64,000 bases of DNA from a virus, in IMG/VR virus record IMGVR_UViG_3300027908_000023, positions 6,369 through 70,368 of that record, one strand, 5' to 3'. The notes under the pieces are model-generated. The model ran no database searches, was not told the DNA's origin, and saw only the letters and a list, made by a program, of their open reading frames with translations. Of the stretch, positions 56,765-64,000 are shown one piece after another (the stretch's first letter is position 1; each line of letters begins with the position of its first letter). The translations under genes were made by a program, and so were the position numbers.

Positions 56765-57262
56765 TTACAGCATCACCGATACCTTGTTTTTGCCACGACC
56801 TATCTCTAAGTAGAGACAAGACTCCCTTCCGACCAGCTTCGGTTTCTTGCCGCTCTGAAGCGTCTCCTTGACGGCCTGCAAGGTTTCCGGGTCGCGCCAT
56901 CTCAGCGCCCGCGCAATCGCGCCGGGGATCTGCTCGCGAATTGGCGCTTCCACGAGGTCAGCGATCTCGGCAGCCAAGGCGTTCTTGAGTTTCTTCACTC
57001 CCTCATCGGGAGCGTTCTTGATCTGACACTCTCCCCAGGCTTCATAGCCCATCCATATCAGCATCGGCACGCGCTTGTCGGCCTTCATCTTCTCCAGCAA
57101 CAGAGAGTAGAACTCCCTGATCTGCCGGATCGGCGCGGCCAACAAGGGGCCAAGCAACTCATCGGCCTTGGCATCGGCCGCATCGTAACTGTCCTTGTCG
57201 TGGGCAAGAACCATTCCGACAATGGCCTCGATCCAGGCATCGGCAAGAGCCGGAACATTCAT
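56765..57262 (-). CDS. hypothetical protein
   Basis: Likely start at MNVPAL (GGAG SD). Confidence 0.6.
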   Translation of the reverse strand: MNVPALADAWIEAIVGMVLAHDKDSYDAADAKADELLGPLLAAPIRQIREFYSLLLEKMKADKRVPMLIWMGYEAWGECQIKNAPDEGVKKLKNALAAEIADLVEAPIREQIPGAIARALRWRDPETLQAVKETLQSGKKPKLVGRESCLYLEIGRGKNKVSVML

Positions 57263-58432
57263 GGAGATTCTCCTTTTCGTGGAAGCGTGGCCGTCCAGTG
57301 CATAGCGTAACAGCGTGCCAAGAAATTTCGCCCGCGCGACCGGGCTGTTGCGCTTCATCGACACGGCAAATTTGCCGGCCTCCAGAGAGGCCATGACGGC
57401 GGTGCGGATGCCAATTGGCATGGTTACTTCTTCTTTCTCTTCTTGACCTTCTCAAGTGGCAACTGCCATTTTCCGGCCAGGATCAGGTTGACGATGGCTT
57501 GCAGGGCTTCACGCTCTGATGGAAAATAAGTGTTGATGCCGTCGTTGCTGTCCGCTGCATAGCGCCCGTTGACTCGCGGAAACAGCATGTCGCGCGGCAT
57601 CAACTCCGGCCGGTAATGGCGCATGGCAATCCGCGCATCGAAGAACCATGTCCAGCCTGCCGATCTCTTGGCTGGCCAGCGCTTCATGTTGGCCAGCCAT
57701 CGCCACGCCTTGCCGACAACTTTACAGGTCAGTAGCCCGGCGGGCTTTGCGTTGCAGAGTAACCGATTGCGTTGCGCCTTCGGGAATTGCGTTGCAAGTG
57801 GCAATTGTGTGTCAAAGCCGCTTTTCCTTGCTCCAGAGAAAACGCAATCAGCGCTCAATCGGTGTCTCAATTGCGTTTTCATCTCTCTTCCGATGCGGCT
57901 CCTTCTTTGGCCGTGACATCCGCTCTGCCACGTAGCGCTCAAAGTCGGCATGATCCATCTGCCGTCTCACGCTGGCAATCGGCCCGTCCGGGTCGATCGG
58001 GATGATCTCGTCAGCAATCTTTCTCATGTCTCGAACCGCTTGCCGGGGCGTCTTGTTGCGGATGATCGCTTTCCACGACATCGCACCCATGTGTTCTTCA
58101 TGCAAGCGCACCGCATCTGCCGCGCCTGGATAGCGCTCCCGGCATTCTGAAAGGCTCATCGGCATCAAGAAACCTCCTGTCTGTGTTCGCGCCGGCCAAC
58201 GCGCGAGACGATCTCGTTGGCGATCAACTGTCCCGATGCGGCCCAAAGGTGAACCAGGATAAAACGCCTGCCGTGGTAACGCTGGGTGCGAAACCGCGCG
58301 GCACCGACATCGTTCATGCCGGCGAGGTCTTCAGGAATGGTGGTGATACTCTGGCCGAACGAGAACCGTTCGGCCAGGATACGAATGAGAGACGGGGCTT
58401 TCATGGTGGACTCCTCCCGGCGGTTATCTCCA

Positions 58433-58987
58433 TTAACTGAGCGCTTCCATCAGCACGCGCATCTTCTCCGCGCCGATCTGCGAGATCATCGCCTTGACGG
58501 TCTTGAGATCGTCCAGCCGGAACATGCCTGGATCGCCAGCGACATTGGCCGGCAGCGCTGCCGATGACGATGGAGCGACGACGCACGGTGCCGACGTGAG
58601 CGGCTCGACAATCGCCGATGTCGCAACCACTTCGTTGCGGATTGTCGGGATGAGATTTACCGGCTCCGGCGCGGCGGGAACCGTGGCGATCAGACCAGAG
58701 AGCGGCGCATCGGTCACGTCCACGCTCTTGCGCGGCCGGCCGCGCGGCTTGGGCGCTGCATCACCGGACTCTTCCGCGCCGCCATTCTTTGGCTTGGGAT
58801 GGAGCGTCTGGCCCTTGTAGGTGCTGGCCATCGCGGGCGTGATCTCGACATCATAGGTAGCCTTGACGTATTCCACGATCGCGGCCGGCTTGGCGTCGCG
58901 ACCCAGCGCATCGAGCGCCCGGCGGACAGAATCGACCTTGCTGATAGTGGCTTTCCCGTTGGCTTCGACTTCTGCTACTGCGGACAT
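58433..58987 (-). CDS. planctomycete-type putative nucleoid-associated protein
   Basis: SK.D.VRRAL..LG.DAKP..I..Y.K..Y..E.....ASTYK N-terminus; LDDL..VK.M...IG C-terminus. Confidence 0.6.
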   Translation of the reverse strand: MSAVAEVEANGKATISKVDSVRRALDALGRDAKPAAIVEYVKATYDVEITPAMASTYKGQTLHPKPKNGGAEESGDAAPKPRGRPRKSVDVTDAPLSGLIATVPAAPEPVNLIPTIRNEVVATSAIVEPLTSAPCVVAPSSSAALPANVAGDPGMFRLDDLKTVKAMISQIGAEKMRVLMEALS

Positions 58988-59018
58988 TATCACTCCCGAA
59001 TTCTTGATGGTTGTTCAT

Positions 59019-59071
59019 CATGGCAATTGCCATGCATTAGTTTATCCTAGCGGCGCGAGGATGGTTGTCAA
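59019..59071 (-). promoter_or_regulatory. sigma70-type promoter with a downstream 16-bp palindrome
   Basis: TTGACA-N16-TAGGAT (59044-59071); CATGGCAATTGCCATG (59019-59034). Confidence 0.55.
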
Positions 59072-59320
59072 GGAAATTGTCGCGGAAAACCCAGATTGTT
59101 TCTCAGTGTTGCTCGCGCCACAGGATCATTACCGCGCCGTCAATAGCAGCCTGCAACGACCAATACCTGTCATAGATTTCCTCTCCGTCATAGAGATACC
59201 ATCTTGCAGGGCATCCTGGCGTTGGATGCGCCACCGTGAATCGCTTGTCCCGCGAGCGCTGCTCGGTTGTCCGGCCAATATGATCGTGTTCAATGTCCCA
59301 CATGATCGACGGCATCACGC

Positions 59321-59884
59321 TCATTTCTCCCCGGCAATCTGGTTGACGATTCGTAACAACTCGCGCACGATGACCAGACGTTGCTGCTCGCTCTGCTGTC
59401 GCCAACCATGCTCCAGCGGTGTCATGCGAAACGCCTTCTCGAACGACTCATCAATCTTCAGCATCTCGACAATTGAGGTATCATCGCTCTGCCGGTATTC
59501 CGATTGCGGAGCCACAAACCCGAGCCGCTTGGAGATTTCCAGCATGACGCGATGATAGCGGTTCTGGATCGACTCGCGACCCAACCTGAACTGCTCTGAG
59601 TCGTTGGCGAACTTCTCGAATAACGCATGGAGGTAATCGCGATCTTCGAGGAGACTCTTGACGTATTCTACCTCCATCATGCCGTTGGCACGCGACCTGG
59701 CCAAGAGACGAATCCCAACGAGGGCACCTTCGGTCAGCGGCGATCCAGGCAAATTAGCGGTGATCATGGATCGCAGGTGAGCGGCGATCTTGTGCTTGAC
59801 CGTTTCAACCTCCATCGGCTCAGTCATCGGCAAGGCGCGAACCACGACGGCGAGGATTTCAGCGGCGTGTTCTTCGATGGTCAT
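59321..59884 (-). CDS. hypothetical phage protein
   Basis: 187 aa in the overlap chain. Confidence 0.6.
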   Translation of the reverse strand: MTIEEHAAEILAVVVRALPMTEPMEVETVKHKIAAHLRSMITANLPGSPLTEGALVGIRLLARSRANGMMEVEYVKSLLEDRDYLHALFEKFANDSEQFRLGRESIQNRYHRVMLEISKRLGFVAPQSEYRQSDDTSIVEMLKIDESFEKAFRMTPLEHGWRQQSEQQRLVIVRELLRIVNQIAGEK

Positions 59885-61159
59885 CCATCATCCTCCAGTA
59901 GCATGACCTTGCGTCCGGAGTTGCCGAGTTCGATGGCCTTGGCTTTGGCCGATGCGGCGTCCGGCTCAACATAGACCGGAATGCCGACAAGTGGAACGAT
60001 GCCGCCCTGATCCACTTCCGGAATCAGTCGGCGGATGATCTGCCATTGCGCATTAGTGCAGACCATGACATCGTGAGAGCGCAAGGCAAGAACTGAGCGA
60101 CAGACAGTGAGAATGTCTTCCAGTGTCATCATGGCCTCTTCCTCCACGTCGCCGTCAGTTCCCCATCCTCATCCGCGCCGTGCCCGTCGATGCGCCATAG
60201 TTGTTTTTCGCGCCATCTTCCCCTGACCTCCACACCCCACGCCGTCATGTCAACGTCGTCGCCATCCTCAAGAGTGCATTCCGCGACGATGAGTGTTCCC
60301 AGCACCAATGACCAGTTGCCGAACCATTGTTCTCCCTCATACCAGCAACTCCACCGCGAGTCATCGTGGAACTCACACGTACAGGGAACGCCATCCCACA
60401 CCAGATCCCATCTGCCGACAATCGCCTTGTCGGTCACGGCTGGCCTTGATCGCGGAAACGGGATCGGCGCACCGAACGCACCGCCGAGATTGAGCAGGAA
60501 CGCCAGGCAAACGATCAGCGCGATGATCGCTGCCGTGAGCATCACGATGCAACCGCTATCAGGCGACGGCACGGTTGGAGTTTCATGGGGCGCTGCGAAC
60601 AGCTTCGGATCGCACCTTCGGCAGATCCACAACAGGGAACATTGGCGCTGGCTGATGTCCTGCAAGAAGCAGGTGACACCACAACGCGAGCAGCGGTGAG
60701 TTTGCGCGATCATGCAATCACCACTTTCTTTTCCGGCGCGGCTGGCTTAATGGTTGCGCCGGCTGGCAAGCGCTTGAGTTTCAGGTCATGCTTGATCATC
60801 GCTCTTGCCTCGCCACGGGTGTGAGCCTCCGCGCTGTAGCGTTTGGTGCGCTTGGCCGTGGCATCGTAGAAATAGAAGTCGAACTTCTTGATCATGTCTG
60901 TTCCTCCAACCCATCGAAAAGGTCCACCTTGCGCCGTTGTTCCGGCGTGGTTGTTTCCTGGCGTTGCCGCTTGGCGTAGGCTTCCTTGGCGATCCCGAGG
61001 CAGACCTTGCAGAGCAAGTTACCTCCATAGAGCGTCAGCGCTTCGGAGTCGCGATGGCAACCTTCTCCGGCACACTTCTGTTTGTCAGGCATGGTGGTTT
61101 CTCCCGTGAGCGTCTTCATCATTTTCGGCAGAAGTGTTGGCGGAAATCAAGAGCAATCG

Positions 61160-61429
61160 TCAATTGCCATTGCCAGAATCCTCCACCGGAACCGTCAGGA
61201 CGCGAATCTTCAACCATTCGCGAACGCGCTCGCGATCTCCCCAGCAGTTCCGAGGAAGGTTGCTCCAGATCCACTTGACGATGTTCGGCAGTGCCACGAT
61301 GTTATTATCGTCCGCACGGCCAACAGCGTCGAACAGATCGTTACTCAGCACGGCAGCGAGAAAGCTGCCGGTCGGAACATGGTTAGCGGCGTAGCGCTCC
61401 AGGGATGCTTGGATGTCGCGTGGGATCAT
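61160..61429 (-). CDS. hypothetical phage protein
   Basis: PTGSFL.AVL.NDL..AV.RAD..N pattern typical of phage small proteins. Confidence 0.65.
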   Translation of the reverse strand: MIPRDIQASLERYAANHVPTGSFLAAVLSNDLFDAVGRADDNNIVALPNIVKWIWSNLPRNCWGDRERVREWLKIRVLTVPVEDSGNGN

Positions 61430-61977
61430 GTTGATTGCTTCTCCTTGAGTTTCGTGTGCCTCTCAGCCAAGTAATCCGCCAGTTCCCAGAGTCGGCGTTG
61501 GAAGTATTGTCTTGGCGTTTCTGGCTTCTGGGTTTTCTTTTTCCTCCTGTCGAAGAAGATTACCTTTTCCCGCCGGATGAATCCTGTGTCCGTGTCCAGG
61601 ACATTTCGGTAAACCTCTTTCTCCTGTCTTGGCAAGCGCTGCCAGATTGCCACCAGCTTCCAATCTCGCCATTGTGCCCCATCATTGGCACCTTCAGTCA
61701 GCACGTATAGCCGCAGCGTCCTCATCCCGGTCGTTGGCTTCAACCACACTCGTTGCCCATCCGGCAAGACGATCCCATCCGTGTTATAGTTCACCAAATT
61801 CCCGGAATATCCAAAGCCAAGATCAAGCGCCTGAGCGAGCCAACCACGCATCCGCCACTTGGCGGATTCCAGTTCCTCGCCGCGATCTTCGTACCAGTCG
61901 GCGCGCACCAGCCAGGCAAGCGGATCGTCGCTCGGCTCGAAGGGATCAACGATCTTGTGGCCAGGGGTCTTTGGCAT
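61426..61977 (-). CDS. TIGR02996-like domain protein
   Basis: DD...WLV.ADWYEDRG motif. Confidence 0.55.
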   Translation of the reverse strand: MPKTPGHKIVDPFEPSDDPLAWLVRADWYEDRGEELESAKWRMRGWLAQALDLGFGYSGNLVNYNTDGIVLPDGQRVWLKPTTGMRTLRLYVLTEGANDGAQWRDWKLVAIWQRLPRQEKEVYRNVLDTDTGFIRREKVIFFDRRKKKTQKPETPRQYFQRRLWELADYLAERHTKLKEKQST

Positions 61978-62192
61978 CGCGGTATTCCTTGCACTCGCAT
62001 CCATCCACGTCGCACGGTTCAGGATTAAAGCCATAGTGTTTGCGGCATGGATGCCCACAGACACAAAGGATCTCGCACTCGCCTGGCTCTCCCCAATGTC
62101 GGCAGAACGGCCCACTGTCCCATTCTTCGCGCTCCGGGTCGGCGCCAAGGTCAACTTCATCGTCGTCAACAGACATAATCGTTACTCCCCTC

Positions 62193-62600
62193 TCATCGTA
62201 GATACTCCGGCAGCGCCGCGTAGGCGGCCTCATATTTCGCCTGGCATTCCTCGCACTTCTTGAGTGGTTGGTGACAGCGCCACTGCGAGCACCACAAACA
62301 GGTATAATGCGCCTCTCCAGGCTGGCGCTCCACAGGCATCACCCAACGGTTAGCGATCGCGACCGTCATCTTGCTGCCAGCCTCTTCCGCCATCTCGCCG
62401 CGCTGCTCAGTCTCTGCCGGCGTTCCACCGGCGACTTTTTCAACCGGTGTCAATAATCCAAGCACTCGCAGAACGGATCGCACCGACAGCAGCGACACGC
62501 CAAGTTCCCGGGCGATTTGCTTTTCGCCCATGCCATCGTGATGCAGACATTGGATGGCTTCGCGCCGGTCGTGGATCATCTGCCAGAACTGTTTGCTCAT
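62193..62600 (-). CDS. HTH plus zinc-finger protein
   Basis: MGEKQIARELGVS..VRSVL; CLWC..C..CEEC. Confidence 0.65.
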   Translation of the reverse strand: MSKQFWQMIHDRREAIQCLHHDGMGEKQIARELGVSLLSVRSVLRVLGLLTPVEKVAGGTPAETEQRGEMAEEAGSKMTVAIANRWVMPVERQPGEAHYTCLWCSQWRCHQPLKKCEECQAKYEAAYAALPEYLR

Positions 62601-63394
62601 GCTGCCTCCATGCCAGACCTTGCCTTGTCCAGCACATCACGGATTTTCTTGACCTTGATCCTGGCAAATTCGGCCATCGCCTCGCGGCCATCTTCGGCCG
62701 TGACGCCCATCTCCTTCATCAGGATGATGGGAGCCTGTTCGAGCTTCTGAGAAATCTCGAAAAGCTCTTCCTGCAACCCGGCTCGCTCTTTCCTCTCTGC
62801 CCGGTCCTCGATGATGTCCTGGCGCGTGATCGTGTAGCGCTTCTTGATCTTGCGGTTGCCGATTTCGTAGCCGTCCTTGTTAAGTTGGCGATCCTTGTAC
62901 GAACAGGCGACAAGCGAACAACCGTCGTCGTTGAACGATGTCACTTCCACCTTCTCGCCATGCCAGGTGAACTTGGCTCCGACGTGGAGGCGCTCCTTGG
63001 ATTGTTTGCCACGATCACCGTGGGTGTGCCTGCCGCCGTAGTAACTGACAACCTCAACCTCGTCGGCGATGAACGGCTCTCTGGGTTTGTATTCTTCGTA
63101 TGCCTTGATGGCCGAAGTGTTGGCCTGACGGATCGCGTAAGCATACACCCACTCATCTGAGGAAGACATCCAGTAACCGCCGCGAAACTCGCGGCAGACG
63201 GCGCGGAGGTCATCCGGCGTGAAGGGGAAGCCGGAACCGATGGCCAGTTGTAGCGCGTTGTGCATGGCATGGTTTAAGCGCTCCCAGCTATGCCCGGTGC
63301 CCGTGTTGGCCTGGCGAAAGACCAGAGCAAGCATGGCATGGACGGGTGACTCGGGCGGTTCAACGGGTTTTTTCGTCATCTCTTTCTCCATCAA
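62597..63394 (-). CDS. hypothetical phage protein
   Basis: 265 aa, co-oriented. Confidence 0.7.
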   Translation of the reverse strand: MMEKEMTKKPVEPPESPVHAMLALVFRQANTGTGHSWERLNHAMHNALQLAIGSGFPFTPDDLRAVCREFRGGYWMSSSDEWVYAYAIRQANTSAIKAYEEYKPREPFIADEVEVVSYYGGRHTHGDRGKQSKERLHVGAKFTWHGEKVEVTSFNDDGCSLVACSYKDRQLNKDGYEIGNRKIKKRYTITRQDIIEDRAERKERAGLQEELFEISQKLEQAPIILMKEMGVTAEDGREAMAEFARIKVKKIRDVLDKARSGMEAA

Positions 63395-63676
63395 AAACTA
63401 ATGTATTCCTTCTCTGGATCACCACCCGGCCGACGCCGACCGGTGTGGGGATCTCGCATCCAACCTTGCGGCTCGCCATCACCGGACCAGTCGTTCAAGG
63501 CAGCGACCGCTGCCTCAATGGTGTCGTATCAGTATTCGGTTTCTGAATAACCTACCCCACGGCCAACGCTAAGCCGCGCCCGTCCATAGGTCAGGCCATA
63601 GACGATGGCAATTTTACCATCAGGAAAGAGCCGTACTGCCAGATAGCCGAACCACTCGGGATGTGCCATAACGTCT

Positions 63677-63985
63677 TCAAGTGTCGGTTTCATGGTTGGC
63701 GTCATCTATAGGTTTGATCTTTCCACACTCCATCATGCTCAACTCGCTCGGAAGCATACCTCTCCGCGCTGCCTCAGCGCGCAGTGTGCGGTTAGCCTTG
63801 AGGCGTCGCGCCCGCATCCTCCGTCCCGCCTCGATCCAGGGGAACATCTCATCTGGCACTCGTCCCGAACCTTCGCAGCGCGAACAATGCAGCGGGACGT
63901 TGACGGCACCCTTGCCATCGGCATAGCGAACGTGGTTCGCTACAGAGATACCGGAGCCACGGCAATCAGGACACGGTACGGGCAT
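63677..63985 (-). CDS. DnaJ-type zinc finger plus XRE-like HTH protein
   Basis: CPDCRGSG..CSRCEGSG; TLRAEAARRG..PSELS.ME.G. Confidence 0.7.
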   Translation of the reverse strand: MPVPCPDCRGSGISVANHVRYADGKGAVNVPLHCSRCEGSGRVPDEMFPWIEAGRRMRARRLKANRTLRAEAARRGMLPSELSMMECGKIKPIDDANHETDT

Positions 63986-64000
63986 TCTTCTTCTCCGCTC

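Overview
This window is part of a large tailed-phage (Caudoviricetes-like) genome or prophage. It is GC-rich, and its probable host is a planctomycete, inferred from TIGR02996-like and planctomycete nucleoid-protein-like ORFs. Nearly all real genes are on the minus strand. Content: a long run of small early/accessory genes; an isolated packaging module (terS, terL and a portal fused to a 2H phosphoesterase); a Rad52-like annealase; a Ycf46-like AAA+/DUF3150/DUF1257-DUF2997 module; an endonuclease VII with an XRE regulator; and a beta-clamp-like fragment. Three mobile elements have boundaries readable from the sequence: an IS903-like transposon carrying a Type IIG-like R-M gene, an IS607 with a Fanzor-type TnpB, and a solo TnpB element that splits an ATG codon. 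Non-coding highlights: (1) 36 co-oriented copies of a promoter-like motif, AA(T/G)-N16-CGAA, many embedded in hairpins; (2) an ncRNA operon at 13.85-14.24 kb with a 220-nt tRNA-Cys-like RNA (8/4 fold, 145-nt structured variable arm) followed by a degenerate CUA-anticodon tRNA-like RNA; (3) a structured ORF-poor region at 19.6-20.2 kb. All family assignments come from recognising motifs by eye; no searches were run.
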